NCBI GenBank assembly: GCA_053919585.1
Contig: CM132785.1
Direction: 5' to 3' (one strand)
Length of the DNA stretch: 64,000 nt
Source of the DNA: Euprymna scolopes
Lineage: Eukaryota
Part shown: piece by piece, positions 11,781-26,658 of the stretch
How positions within the stretch are numbered: position 1 is the first letter of the stretch
Layout: the number at the start of each line of letters is the position of its first letter
Position numbers and translations under genes: made by a program
The notes under the pieces: model-generated
What the model saw: the letters and a program-made list of their open reading frames with translations, nothing else
What the model was told of the DNA's origin: nothing
Databases searched by the model: none

Positions 11781-14329
11781 AAACTCCCAGGATTAGAGAT
11801 GAAAAAGTAATGATATTAAAGAAATGAATACGTATCGATAGTTGTGACAATGTACACTTAGCTAAACCACCACCAACGAGTCTAGACCTATTAACTGGTC
11901 TATGACGTCATATTTAGGGAGCTACAAGAAGGCAAAAAGCGAGACTATCGACCATAGTATATTGTGTTTCTGGTTGATTTCTGAAAAATGTTTTTAATTG
12001 TTGTCCCAAACTGCCGTGGAAATTATAAAACCGAACTAAAATGAACGTATTCTCTTTTCGTAAAAAGGAAAACCAATTCTCCACGTGAATACATGCAATT
12101 AATAGGAATAGTAGGAACAATATTTATCCTACAAAATATCACAAAATATTTTTTATTAATTAAAAGCATATTTAATTAAATTAGTGCTTAAGTAATTCAA
12201 TGAATTTTCATAACATTATTGGTATGAATTAAAGAATCAATATTTTTTTAATGATGATACACAAGACAATGTTTGAAATTAATTGTCTTTTAACGGTTTT
12301 TCTTTTATTAAAAAGTTTTGACATATCGAACGGAGAAAAGCGTGATTATATAATGGCATTTTTATATTTTAAATTGTAAACTAGATAAGTATTTTCATTG
12401 GAATAATGCAGTCTTTTTTCACCAATAAATAAACAGTTTACATTATGTATTTACAAATATTTTAAAGTTACATGTATTTTTTTCAACTAAAACGTCACGT
12501 CATGTGAAGGATAAACGTAGCTGTTACCCTTAGCTTATTAGTTTTAACTTCATAGGTTCGTTAAAATATATTTAAATCCAGCAATGAACCACACTTTAGT
12601 TATATATAATATACGTAACTAAACTGGAAATTAATTGTAGAGGAAAATATCTAATACAGCGGGAAATGTTGTAAATTTTATGTTTTTTTTTTTTTAAATT
12701 GGAAAAAAAAACAAAAAAAATATTTACCTGGAAATTCACTACGTTCTGTGTTTTTACATAATTAACGAACATTTTCATTGGGTATAACCAAATGTTTTAT
12801 GGTATTGGATCTCTATATATGGCGATAAAAGATGAAATTATATAAAATTCCGGTATTATGTATTATTTTATAATATTCTAATAGCAAATCATTCTAAATA
12901 TAATTCAAATGAAAGAGAAAACATTAATTGATTCAAAAAGCGTTAACATATTTACTTGCTTTATATCTTGATACAAAACATCGCAGTGAATATTTGCGTC
13001 GTGTGATTACTATTTAAAATAGAATCATGACAAGCACAAGTTTCGGTAAGTTGTTTTGTTCTCACGTATACGTTTCGAAGAGTCTTGCGATCATAGTCTA
13101 CTTTTAAATGTCTTTCTGGAACTTCGAGAGACACTTTATCAATCTTACAAGACATACGCTTATTGACATATCTAATCGAAATATCCCCATTTCTATTTGA
13201 AGAGTTTCTCTTAAAAATGTTTTCAACCGAATGTGCTTATTAAAAATTCAATTAAAGTTATTTGAATGTAACTCTAAACCTAATTAATAGATTTATCTTG
13301 CTTATAAGCAAATGTTGATAGAAATAAATACTAAGAAAAAATATATGATGACAAAATTAACCAATAATAAAAGAAGTTAAATATTTAAAGCAAGCGAGGT
13401 ACGCCCGACTTTGTCGTAAAATGCACTTAAATACAATTTTATCCATGTAGATTTCGTATTTACTCTTACAGAACCAATTTCGTATTGAATATTACATAAT
13501 GCATAATTTATAATAGTGATTATAAAAGTTTTAAAAAATTACTTAGGTGTTATCAGCTAGAATCGTGGCAAACATCTAGCAGTTCAGCAGCGTCGACTAC
13601 TGATGTAGCTATCGCCTGATAGGACGGAAATGTGTAATGGTAAACGATAAGTAGAACTGAATTGAATTTGGGCATGCGCAGAAAAAAGCAAAAGTGTATC
13701 GCCAAATTGAAATGGCGAACTTGTCTTTCGATTTGCCGGTATATGTTTGTACGCATTATTCATCAATACAAATAAAGGTTTACCTCGTTGGTGTATGATT
13801 ACTATTTCTTGTTAATTTTAATAGTATCTGACTATTAGCTTAAGAGTTTCAATATTTACACTGAGACAGACAGACACTCACACACATAATCTAATGTTTG
13901 TATTATCTAGAGGATAGCAGATTTTGACAATTAATTGTCTGCGTTTGTCCATGAAATGAAATATTTATCATACAAAGTTATAATATCTGCACACATGTCA
14001 CATGCCACATGTACTTATTTCCAAAATCGCAAATTTAAGCAAACTTGAATGTAACTGTTTAAACAGCTTATATCTTATTGGATTCGCCTTTTAATACTCT
14101 ATATTTTGGCCTGTTTATATTTGACTTTTAATTGATGTGTTCTATTGTTGACCTCAATTAAAAAAAAACTTATCTTCTAATCGAAAAGGCAAAAAGACTC
14201 TCAGCACAATGGAAAATTATTATTACAATGTTACTTTAGAACAGTCATGCCACACGATTACAACCACACAATAAACTAGTAAATATTTAGTACAATAGTC
14301 CTTTATCAATTTGACAGCGTGCAATCTTT

Positions 14330-15270
14330 TGGGCATTTCTTGAATTAGTCTTCTGCAATACTTCGGTGAAAGGGTGCCTCACTACACTTTAATTTTTGTC
14401 TATAGTTCCTCTAGATTTGAAATTTTATCATTGCGTAGATGTTGCTAGATGTAATGCCATAGGTTTTGGATAGAATTGATGTCTGGAGTGTGCAGAAAAA
14501 TCCCAACCAGAATATCATGCTGTTCAATAAACCTCTTGATATTGCCAGCTGTGTGAATGTAAGAATTATTATGCAGGAAGACGTGATTACCATCTGCATT
14601 TCCATCAAGTTAACGTAGAAACGGTTCAGTCAAGATATTAATGTACTTGGTAGAATTAATTCGACATTACAAGCAAACTATAGCCCCTATAATATGGAAA
14701 CTAATAATGCGCCACACCAAAACTGAATCTTGACTACCTTACAGGCTTTGAACTGTGCATCTAAAATTCTCTCGACGGACGCACTTCCTATTATCACTGC
14801 CTAGCTTATTTAATACAATGTCGTTACTAAAAATAACTTTCCACGAATATGAAGAGTCGTGATTTTCATTGGATCTGACGACGTCCAGACGGCGCTATCT
14901 GTTTTTTCCAGAAATCATTGGCTTGCTTCTTGCAACACTGTCTCGTAGATTATTTTTTAAATGTGTTTTAAACTGTAGAAAGGGGGATGCTTTTTATATT
15001 AGATTAAACTATTTTTGGATTTCGGCAGACGTTTCAAATCTGTTTTCGAGGCTGGGGAACTTGATAGCATTGTCTTCCTTATTAGAAGTAACTCTGAGAC
15101 GACCAGATTTATGGACATCGCGAAAACCGTCGGTATTTTGGTGCTTCTGCACAATTATCCGTATCGATCTCTCATCACATTTCTCAACTGGATAAACCAT
15201 AAAGGTAGAGATTAATAAACTTCTGACGATTACTAAGATAACGCTGTTGCATGTTGGCTAAATGTCACGT
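14330..15270 (-). mobile_element. Degenerate Tc1 (DD34E-like) transposase
   Basis: SIRIIVQKHQNTDGFRDVHKSGRLRVTSNKEDNAI (HTH and GRPR-like linker) and VFLHNNSYIHTA...PDINSIQNLW (decayed QDNAPxH...SPDLNPIENLW). Confidence 0.8.
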
Positions 15271-17188
15271 TACTGGAATAAGTACAATTACGATTAGAGA
15301 TGATTTTTTTTGCCCAATAGGAAATTTTCTTTGTGAACAATGAGTAATATTTGTTCTATCTTCTTAATTTATTGTGTCATAGAGAAAGGAGTAAAAATTA
15401 TTTCACTACTAAATCAAGTGTTTTTTTTTCAAGTTTTGTTTCAACCAAAATGTTTTACATTTTTCGGCAGCTGGATGTATCCCACCTGAAAAGTTAATCT
15501 GGTAGCGGACCATATTAATATGATAACTTTAATATTTAACATTTCATCTTTAACCTTTTTAAGGGAAAGCATACCCTGAAATTTAAGGTGAAATCATAAT
15601 GAACTATTCCGTACATTCATCTAATAATTGAATGAACTCAAATACTGATAAAAATTAAGTAAACTTGCAATTCAAAACCCTTGGAAAAAGCTTAATTTAG
15701 ATTATTTTTCCTACTTTCTACTAAAATATTACCAAATGCAAATTATTTTACTCTTCTTTCTGTATTATTTTATACGTTCATCAAATAGTGTTCTGGGTTG
15801 CAATACTAGCAAAAATGAATATAACTCGGAACCCCCTCTACAATGTTTAGATTTTAGCTATATCATGAATCCCTTCACAGGAAATATTCAAAACAAAGGG
15901 TGGTTCAACATCTAAAAATGTCCAGAATATAATTAAAACAATGTAATAAATAGTGGCTGATAATCTTCCGAGATAAAATTGGCGAAATAGGTCAACGCGC
16001 TTAAAATAATAACGTTATGTGTTCAAATGTTATTATGAAAATGCGTCAGGGATTCATATCAAAACAATTTCAACTCTCCCCTATAAATTTACGACATAAA
16101 ATGGATTAAGCGAAATCCATAGAAATATATGATGTTCAATGTGATTAGATGAGTACATTATCGGTTCGAAGTTTAACTAGTTAATGTTATCAGCATTTTT
16201 CTGCAAAAGTCGACTCTTTTATTTCCTTTTTCAATAATTCAATAAACTATTTAATATCATATTCCATCGCTCCTTTTACCGTATTACAGCTTTATGCTGC
16301 AGTGAGATAAAAGGATTTTTACGTTGATGTGAAGCGCTGTGTCCAGTTAAGTAGTTCAATTTTCTAAAAATGCGTTTAAGTGCCCTCTTTGCGTAAGAGA
16401 ATAAACTATTTAGGTTTACATTTGCATTACAGACATTTCTGCCGAGTTTTGGTCTTTTGCAGATACTTTTCCTGCCCACATTGCAACTATTTTACTCCAT
16501 TTTTAAACAAAATGTCAGCAAAAGAATTATGCCCATTTTTTACAACGTGCATTGATAGTTCAACCGTTTTATAATAATTATTCAGAATATGTTCAAAATC
16601 AGTTTAATCTTTCTGAATTTATGCATTATTTAAACACTAATATGAAATGGATGGATCAGCGCTGATGATAAATGACAGTAAAAGTAATACATTTGCAAAG
16701 TTAAATGACAAAATTGTTCATGAAAGTTTAAATATCGATTTTTCTTAATTTAGTAGGTCAGTAAAATCAACGAGATATGCAAAGTCAGAAAATAATGAAT
16801 TGAAAAATGATACTACGTGGATATTTCGACAGATTCGAAATGAGATGGGCTTTCAAAATCGATATCGTTATTGATTGGATTGATTAAATTACCGAAGTCG
16901 AAGACATTAACTTGCCTCCATGATATAATGACTCCAAGTGCAATCAATTAATTACTTTAAATAGTATGAATTATTACGAAAAAATGCGATTGGTTCAGCT
17001 TATATTATTTTCATTTATCGCATGGCCATAAGTCATAGAACATTGGACATTTAATGATTCAACATGAAGTTTATAAAATTTCCAACGAAACCACTACGCA
17101 CATAACTATTGATTAATGTATCTATCTTTCTATCTATCTACCTATCTATCTATATATCTATTTATATGTATGTTTCTTTCTCTCTCTA

Positions 17189-17191
<3 letters not shown>

Positions 17192-17261
<70 letters not shown>
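17192..17261. repeat. (CT)n(AT)n compound microsatellite, representative of many (TA)n tracts in the window
   Basis: Similar tracts near 3290, 4114, 7729, 7940, 21159, 22056, 25587, 26590, 27180, 30415, 31261, 34608, 37524, 38321, 39942 and 55759. Confidence 0.95.
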
Positions 17262-17268
<7 letters not shown>

Positions 17269-19385
17269 ATACTTGTGCTGCACTCCCCATCCAAATGACT
17301 GGCCAAATATGTGTCACGAATATTCACATCAATATTCTATGAATGACATTTGAAAATAGACAAAAATAAATTATAAGTATATATATCAATCCGTATATCA
17401 TAAAAAAGTATGATAGTCAATTGAAATCTCCTGTTATTTATATAGAGGCGATGATGATTATTATTCTCATATTTTTAGAATACGAGATTTATCTAATTTG
17501 TTATTTGTATGACACATCATTTTACGATATTGACCCCCAAGAAGTTATGCAACGCTCTATTGTGTAATACCTTTTCACTAAAAACAAATCCATACTGTTT
17601 GTTTGAATGAATACTACAAATAGGAGGATTTTTCCTAGGCAGGAAAAATCAGGGTTATTTTTTTCACGCCGTTCTACTACAATAATCCTAGTTGCATTTG
17701 GAATTCATCCTAGCTCGTTTATTATTCTTGATATTTATAAGTAATCTCCCGAGAAAATTGTATTTGAGATTGATACATTCATTGATGATGCCATACTCTA
17801 TAATATACATGATGTAAAAACCGTATATTCATATAACCAAAGTAATGGCATTAGAAAAATATCCTCAATCTTTAGTGGAATGAGACCGTACAGGTTAAGC
17901 AACATTCAATGCTACATTTACTAAAATTCTTTAATTTAACCAAATATTTTATCAAGTATGATTGCTATGCGAAATAATACGTAAGAGTTTATTTTTGAAA
18001 TGTGAAATATTTTTTGAACACTAACTATGTCTTTGTACAAAAGGTGCACATATGACATTATCATATATCTTTACGAAATTAAAATGTATCTCTTGTTTGA
18101 GCGTTGTTCTGACATCTAGTTTAGTGCATCTGATACCAATTCCATAAACTCTCAAATACAATACGTCTTGTTTCGATGGTAAATTTACCCTATTGTCACA
18201 ATGTATCAATCATGTGCCGGTTTATGAAGTTCTTTATGGAATGTGCCTTGTTAAACTCATCGCCCCACTACGCTTACGACATACATAAGCTCGATTGACA
18301 AGGCAACAACATAATAACACCCCTTTACTGTAATAATCTATAAATGCCGGGATGATATTTACTGTGACAATTGCATCATTCAGACTGCTAATATTTTGAA
18401 TGCACGTATTCTGCGGCATTCAATATTCACTGTACTTACAAGCAGAAGTTTAAATGTAACGTGAACAGACAGCCATATCGCTTGTCAAACATTTCCATCT
18501 AGATACGATTCCAGATAGTAACATCCTGTGTTCTAAGTAAAAATATGTTTTTTTAAGTTAAAACGAGGAAAATAATACAATATATACGATGTGGGTTAAT
18601 ATTGTGTGATCAATTGTTATTTAAATTTTGTTAACCACGTTTGATCCAGTCGGCGTACAATCTAGTGCTGCCATATTATCAACTCATCATTATGGACTAC
18701 CTTGTATCTCTCCCATACTCTATTAATTGACCAATAAATGACATAAAGTAAATCATATCTCGTAAGTCAAGAGAGAAATGCAAAAGAGAGCGAACATTTA
18801 TTATACAAATGGAGATATAATTTTTAGATAGATAAAACGCCTTCTTAAAACTAATAAAACATTTTTATCCGACAAGAGCACAATAGATGGTTCATCTCTC
18901 TATATGGCCTTCAGAAACTCAAATCTCTTAATCCCAATCTCCGGATCTCTTAATATAAATAAACTTGTAATTTATGCTACGTCCTAGTTACTTGGCGTTG
19001 TCGTGCGATGTTCTGTCTGCTTTCATAGGATCCAATTTTATTGGTTACTTCTTCAAAAGTATACCGGCGGGTTTTACCATGTAAATTATAATTTCCCGAT
19101 CTTCCAGCTCTGTTAAAACATATGCAATACCCGGCATTGGGCAAATCTCTAGCAGTTCTAATAGTTTCTTGTGGATTAGATTACTCTTGCACTGATCTAA
19201 CCTCTGCGATCTGAAGTAGCGTCAATAAAAAGAATGGGTGCCGTTCCTACAGATAAACCTCTGATTTATTCATCGTTTTTTTTTTATATAAAACGGAATA
19301 TAGATTATCTCATAAAATAAAATCAAAACAGCGAATAACAACATTTAAATAATATATTTTTTGTAGTAGGTTGATCAAATATATA

Positions 19386-19620
19386 CTAGCGTAACGCATC
19401 CTAGGAAACGCCGAGGTCTGTCCCGTGACTTTGTCACGTTTGGTTATTTTTTTAACTTAAAACTTAAAATATATGAGCCCGGTAGGTCTTTTTTTATTTG
19501 CGTGTATTATTAAGATAATTTAATGAACCCACACGCGCACACAGAGAAATACACGCACACAGAAACACACCAACACACAGACACAGACACAGACACATAT
19601 GCATAATTATATACGTATAT
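19386..19620 (-). mobile_element. Short non-autonomous Helitron-like element
   Basis: A|CTAG at 19385-19389 is a minus-strand 3' end, with an adjacent imperfect GC hairpin; CAGACA microsatellite near the other end. Confidence 0.5.
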
Positions 19621-19943
19621 ATTCATGAATTTAAACAATAGTTTCGATGGTTAGAAACAAGTATTGTTATATGGTTATTATTTCGTGTTAATAACAGTGC
19701 TATGTAACTCTTAAACTCCTGGTTCCATAACACTGTAACTAACAGGAAATAGCAATTACATAAAAATAATTGTTTATAACGAGTAAAACCATTTTTTTAA
19801 TTTCATTCAAAAAAATGCTGTACACAAATATATCAAGTTTAAATACAAAATATTCAGTTTAACTTGCCCATATATTTCGATTATTTTTGCGCATACACAA
19901 ACTGTTCATAACTTGAAGTAGTTTAATTTTTAATCTTTAATTA

Positions 19944-20170
19944 TCTATCTCTCAATAGCTCAAATATTTGGGAACGCGGCTGGAGTTCTGAATGTTTTGG
20001 TTGCGATTCCAGTGCATGACACTCAAATCATTTTTAATCTGTTTTAATCAGTATTACATATGAGACACACTATAATATAAAATGAAAAATGTACTGTAAA
20101 CGTTGAATATATTAAAAAAGATTAAGGCTTAATTTAATACCGGGCAAGGCCGAACGACCTTCCCTGCTAG
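19944..20170 (+). mobile_element. Short non-autonomous Helitron
   Basis: A|TCTATC start; ends CCGGGCAAGGCCG...CTAG|T; no TSD. Confidence 0.65.
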
Positions 20171-20219
20171 TATATAATAAATTGAATCTCTATTAACTAT
20201 TTTAACACTCTGTATCTAT

Positions 20220-20465
20220 GTCTGAATCAAAACGCAAATTTCATGAAAAAGGCATATTTCGTAGATATTTCCGGCTGTAGAACTCTGTTCTGCTGGTATG
20301 CTTTCTAACCCATTACAGCATATTTGGGTTAGTGTATAACGCATGAATTCTAATCTCTCCAACTAACTATCTCCTGGTTCACTGACCACCTCATTCATTA
20401 ACTGTTACATTTGAGTGGTCTTTCGGCCGTGATCAGTTGTGGCACCATTGTAAACCATTAATAAA
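20220..20465 (+). mobile_element. CR1-like LINE 3' remnant
   Basis: Decayed RLWNS region followed by a TTGAGTGG...TGTAAA terminal motif. Confidence 0.5.
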
Positions 20466-21157
20466 GATAAATACATAGTCTTTATTCTAAGAGATTTATA
20501 ACGATAATAAAGTTCTACAGATATAATTGGAGCAATAACTATGGGACATAGAAGATGAGAATTCGATATAAAGTAAACACTTACTCCATCATCAGATGAT
20601 TAAAAAAATAAAGTGAAATTCTTTAGGTTTCGTTATTTTGATTCCTAAGATTTCTCGTCCGTTTGGTATCGAGCCAATGGCAAAAAGCATCAGCATAAAT
20701 GTGCTGAACTGAGGTACCTTCACAAACATCCTACGTCCCAAAAACGTCTTAGAATTGTAAGCATGCATTTTTATGAAGCTGTGTACAAAGGTATTAGTAT
20801 ATAATATTGAAAATTACAAAAAGCTACGTAATAAAACAATTTATTCTTTATTATATTAATATTTTATTTCGGTATTTTCACTGAAATTTATATGTATTTT
20901 AATATTGATTGATATTTCTTTCCCTAGGTATAACCCCTTTTATATATGGCTCACATATCGTATATTTTTCTCTATATATTGTAAACACCCATTCTTTTCC
21001 TATATCTTTAGTGTTTATCTTTATTTTATTTTCAAGACAATATCCTAATGCCATATGTTTATACGTATATAAACTAATAGCTTTCATGTAGTTTAGTGAG
21101 AAAGATTAGGCTTTAAAATACGATAGGCTAAATTTTAGTTTAAGTTTGTATCCGTCG

Positions 21158-21212
<55 letters not shown>

Positions 21213-21697
21213 CCTTAATTTATATGAATATATGTATGAGATTATAATTTCCCGGGGCGAGTTACTTGGTTACTAGCTCCCCCGGTATTAGACACGATAG
21301 TTAAATTATAGGCACATGGAGACACCAACGTGTCATCGTCTATAACCGGCTGGCATGGGTCGCGGCTTGAGTTTTCATTGCGCGGTTACAGGCCGCATTT
21401 CTATCGACGGCATTAAATGAAAAATAGCAAACAAATGCATTTTATAAAAATATATAATTTATTTAACATACACAATGGAGAAAAATATTACGTCGTCGAC
21501 CCATGTGTGCGCACAAAACTGCTATCTCCTCTGTCGCGTACGAAATGCAAGCTCCAACTTTTTAAATCGATACAATCATATTCAATTCTAACTTTTTCAT
21601 TAAAAATGAGATTAAAAGGAGTGAAAGAGAGAAATAGAGAAAGAAAAAGAGAGAAATATGCGGTATACACAATGTGTGTTCTTTTCAAATTCAGCTA

Positions 21698-22051
21698 CAG
21701 TGGCGTAGCAAAAAGGGGGTGGCGGTAGGCGGTCCACCCTAGGTGACAGCAAAATAGGGGTAAAAATTCATCCCCCAAATTATCAGCCATGCTAAAGTGC
21801 GAAAATAGTCCGAAATAGAATGTATTCATCATATATGATGTAATTTGAAAGTTTATAATAAAAAATGCTTTCTAAAATATTGCAAACTCTTAAAAAAAGT
21901 ATGTAGTTATTGATGAATCGTTGTACATATTTTTATTCAAAACTGTAAACCCTGTATTTTGAAGCGGTTTATAATACATTTGAAATCATTTGATATCACT
22001 CATTTATTTTTTTAACGGCGAAAAAGAAAATGAGAAAGAAATGATTAACTG

Positions 22052-22112
<61 letters not shown>

Positions 22113-22980
22113 GATTCTTAGAATGTGAGAGATTATATAAGTATTTCCACAGCCAAACAATGGCGCAGCTTACAAGAACCATGACAGCCAACGAGTCTGA
22201 AGTCTAAGACTCTAGTTGCGCCCCCATTATGGCGCATCAGTTAGACGTATACGAACCCGGGACTGAAAACCCGTGCCTTTTGCAAAAGCCCGCACCCAAG
22301 AAAATAGGTCCATTCCATAGTAGGATTTCGCCGCGGTTTGATCTGTGTTATTTAATAGATGATGAGCTCAAATGAGAGGTAACCTCGAGTCTTGGACTTC
22401 CGGCTGTGTGTGTGTTTGCGTGTGTATATATGTGTGTGTGTCTCCGGGGTCTCCTAGCCATCATTGGAAGCCTTACAATGGATACTAACAAAGTATGAAA
22501 TAAAAAGTTCCACAAATTTCTAAGTGTTGGCCTCAAATAATTTGAGCATTAATGGAATTAGTGAATTCCAAAATTTTTCGCACCTCTACGCAAAAACACT
22601 TTTTGGCGACATTTCTGCTTTGGTTTCAGTTTATGTGTCTGTACAGGGGTATATAAGACAATAAAACTCCAGAATACTCATAGAAATTATTTTTGTTAAT
22701 TGCTATTTTTGATATCGTGTGACAGTGTAGATTCACGTTTCTTAGCTGCTGATAACACACAGAGTAAGTGTATATTTTAAAACTAATTTAAAGACAGTCA
22801 AAATGTGTTTCATGCCTTATAAATTAATTATTGGTTTGTTTTAAAATGTACAGGTACAAAAAATGGAAAAATATATGTATCATAAATCAATGTTAGATAA
22901 GCAATATAAGTTAAACTTCTACTTTTTGGAATAACTTTTTAATTTAATTTTTATCGTGTCGATCGTTAGGTAAGAATAAG
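21698..22980 (+). mobile_element. Possible hAT-like DNA transposon left end, interrupted by (TA)n
   Basis: CAGTGGCGTAGC terminus followed by G-rich subterminal sequence; no matching right TIR found and the extent is uncertain. Confidence 0.3.
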
Positions 22981-23155
22981 ATAAACTCTCACAAAATAGC
23001 TTGTCCTTGATCGTCTACACGAGAAAATTGTTAGTTGGTCACTACAAGTTTCTTCACTCTTTTTACGGAGTCCACGACTGACCTAATCAATGATCTAGAA
23101 TCCAATACAATGGCACAATCCCCATATCGTATTAGGGTTATTTTCGTGCCAAAAC

Positions 23156-24510
23156 ACTTCAGCAGAACTAATATTCTTAGTGATATGCAATATCGTTTCC
23201 GTTCTCCTAGATCCACAGAAAATATGCTAACGGTTATATCTCATAGGATTATCGAATGTCTCGACAAACGCTTCCATTCTAGGGCAATTGCTCTTGACAT
23301 ACCAAAGGCCTTTGATAAGGTATGACATAAAGGTTTACTTCACAAGATTTCACGCTATTTAATAGGTGGAATCTCTTCTCAGTTATATAAGCATTTCTCT
23401 CTGATAGGTTAATAAGAGAAGTGGTTGATGGGCAAAAATTGGAAGCTCTCGGTATTAATGCTGGAGTTCCTCGAGGTCCATCCTTGGCCCAACTCTCTTC
23501 TTGATTTACATGAATGATCTTCCAAAATACATATTTAGATCATTCGTAGACATTTATGCTGGCGAAACTAACATCTATTGCAAAACATCAAAGGCCGTGA
23601 ATTACCATGCTCTCTCTGATTCTCTCTCCTCTAATCTTGTCCACGTAGTATAATGAGGAAAGAGGTGGCTGGTAACTTTTCATACATCTAAAACCAAGCC
23701 CCTATCTTTACATAATATACGCTCTGAACCCCATCTTGTATCTATGAAATGAATGGCTCTTGTCTTGGGGAGGCTCCATGTTTCGAAAAACTTTACACCT
23801 GATCTGAAATGGAACTCGTACATACAAATTTGTTGGCAAGGTCGCTGGGAAAATGGTGGGATCTTTCTACCGCCCCAGATAGTATCTCACTGCTGATGCA
23901 AATTTCTATCCATATAAGAGTCAAGTACGTCCAATGATAGAGTAATGTTGCCATATCTGGGCAGGAGCTGCTAGAAGCAGCTTACACTAAGTTGGCAGAG
24001 TTCAAAATAGATTTCGTAGTTTAGTGGGGAGTCCTTTTGCTTTCCCTGCAACCTCTTTCCCACAGAGAAGGCGCTGCGAGCTTGTCTGTGTTTATCTTTA
24101 TTTCCATGGCAAGTGCTCATCTGAGCTCCAATTTATGGTCCCCCATCGCAAACCGTTTACGAGAAACACCCGTCTAGCTGAAACCACTGTCAATAATTTT
24201 CCCCACTCTTTATCTGTGCCTAAACCGAAACATAGATTCCATGAATAAAGCTTCCTTCTCAGAACTGTACGCCTGTGGAAGTCTCTTCTGTAAGTCTGGC
24301 TTCCAGCTTACTACAATTTTGGTTGTCTTCAGTACCAACGTTAACAAAATCTTGGTGAACCGTCCCAGTAAATAATCCAATTTACCAAATTTCTACTTAC
24401 GATTATTAAGAAATTAGTCAATTGACTATTGTACACTCAACAACCATTATCCTTGAGTGGCCTCCGGCTTTGATAAATGAGGGCATAGTTGTAACCAAAA
24501 ATAAAAAAAG
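23156..24510 (+). mobile_element. 5'-truncated CR1-like LINE (RT, C-terminus, 3' UTR), inactivated
   Basis: LSDMQYRFRS...ALDIPKAFDKV, INAGVP...LGPTLFLIYMNDL, IYAGET (YADD equivalent), YKSQVRPMIE*CCHIW; 3' UTR ending TTGAGTGGCC...AAAAATAAAAAAA. Confidence 0.9.
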
Positions 24511-25582
24511 CACGCTGACTTAGAGCTGGGACATGAAATTGAAGTGCATTACTTCGCACAGCAATTAGGAAAAGCATCAATAAATTTCTACAACTATAGG
24601 ATATATTAACATTTAAATTATCTAATTACAAAATCAGTTATACAAAAGGTTTGAATATATGTATACGTTTTTGCAATCGTCATGCTAATGGTCCGTTCAT
24701 TCATGTATTATCAATCTTGATAGTCGTGGCAGATTAACAGTCACAAATAAGTGTGTTCACCATTTTTTTTTTAATTTTTCACCATCAGCCCACATATACC
24801 TGGTAGGAGAGTTTCTGTCAGCAATAGCACCAATCGTATGAATCGTTTTTAGTAGCAGGATTATTTTAGCATGACAACAAATCTATTTTTTCGTAAAAAA
24901 CATAATATTTCAGACGTGCTCACCCAGGGGTCTTGCAGATTACTCGTAGTCAATGTCTGCGTGTGGTTCAGGGATGAGGGTTTTATCCCAGGCTGTCTTC
25001 CGCCGAGACTTGTCTAATATTAGTAATCTGTCTCTTAACTAAAACGTAACTCTAAACTGTTAAAAAGCGTTCGTGTATTCGCTTGCATGAGGGGTGGGGT
25101 GGAGGACATGTACTCTTGCCAATTAGTGATCGCTTCGTCATGTTTCCTTCTTTTCTGATTGGCCCACTACTAAGCGTACGTAATTGTTCCTCGAAATAAT
25201 TGTTATCGATGTATTTGTCACGCCGTGAAATACTTTGGAAGATGACCTTAGGCCAGGTATTGCACTCACTATTAGCATATATCATTATCTCCAAATATAT
25301 TGTTTCATTAGCCAACAATGTTAGTATTAACATACTAGTATTCATCCCAAAATCCGCGAGCTGAAGTTATTGTTCCTTGGTTTGGTTTGCATCATCGATA
25401 AAAAAATGGAGTCCGCAGGGCAATCAAGAATTGTCCGGGGTGGCTCAGAATAAAAGGCTTAAGTTAGCTTTAATGTAGCTGTTCTTAATGTAAAATTCGA
25501 GCAATATACGGGATTGGGTAACAGATATACATATATATAGAGAGAGAGATTGGTGTTGAAAATAGAAGGCATGATGTATATA

Positions 25583-25635
<53 letters not shown>

Positions 25636-25812
25636 GCAGATACATGAGTGACTGTATTAGTGTTACATATCATACATATATATATATATATGTGTGTGTG
25701 TGTATGTATGTGTGTGCAACTGTGTGTATGCGTACACATATATGGATCTGAGTTACAAACCATGTTATATATATATATCACTTTATATATGCGATATTTA
25801 CACACACATACA

Positions 25813-25861
<49 letters not shown>

Positions 25862-26587
25862 GTTGAATAAACACAACCTCTTCCACAACAAGTTAAAAAC
25901 TTATATATTTTACTAAAAAATGAAGAAACATACAATTCAATTTTTTTTTTTAATTAAAGTTGAAATATATCTGATATATTTCTATATTTATATCTAACTG
26001 GTCCATCTGAAGAGAGTTAAATGATTACATTGACTATTATTTCTAGTTGCAAGTAAAACTCTTGTTTTGTTAAGTCCAAACGCATGCCGTTGTGGTTGAG
26101 ATAGCACGAGATGTAAACGAACACTTCTTTTGTAAACTGTTTAAGGCGTGTGCACGTAAATATATAGGAAATAGTACTACAATTCATAGAGAATTAGTAA
26201 TAATTAAAAAAAAACATTGATTAAACAAATGAAGCAGTTATTAAAAAGAAGAAGAAGAAAATACGATTCCATTTCTTTCTTTCTTTTTTCTTTTTGGTTT
26301 ATTAAAGGTAAAATAGTTCTATCGTCTGTTTTTTTTCCTCGCGGCAATAATAGAAAAACAGTCACCGTAATTCATTCACTCCCTGCTGATTGATCTTATA
26401 CGGTCTAAAATAAATCAGAAATATTTCAACATTAAACAATTAAAATATAGAAAGAGAAAATTGAATCGTAATGTTCTTTCATTCTTTAAGTTATTTATTT
26501 TACATATTAACGTGTTCTTAAAACAGTTTTCATGTTTGGTCAATGTTTACCTAATATTTCATAATTGTTCCAAGAGCTCTGATAAGG

Positions 26588-26658
<71 letters not shown>

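Noticed and set aside
12961-13240. About 90-codon open frame on the minus strand
   Set aside because: No recognisable homology and weak splice signals.
20560-20600. Minus-strand CTGATGA plus hairpin
   Set aside because: No GAAA adjacent to the stem.
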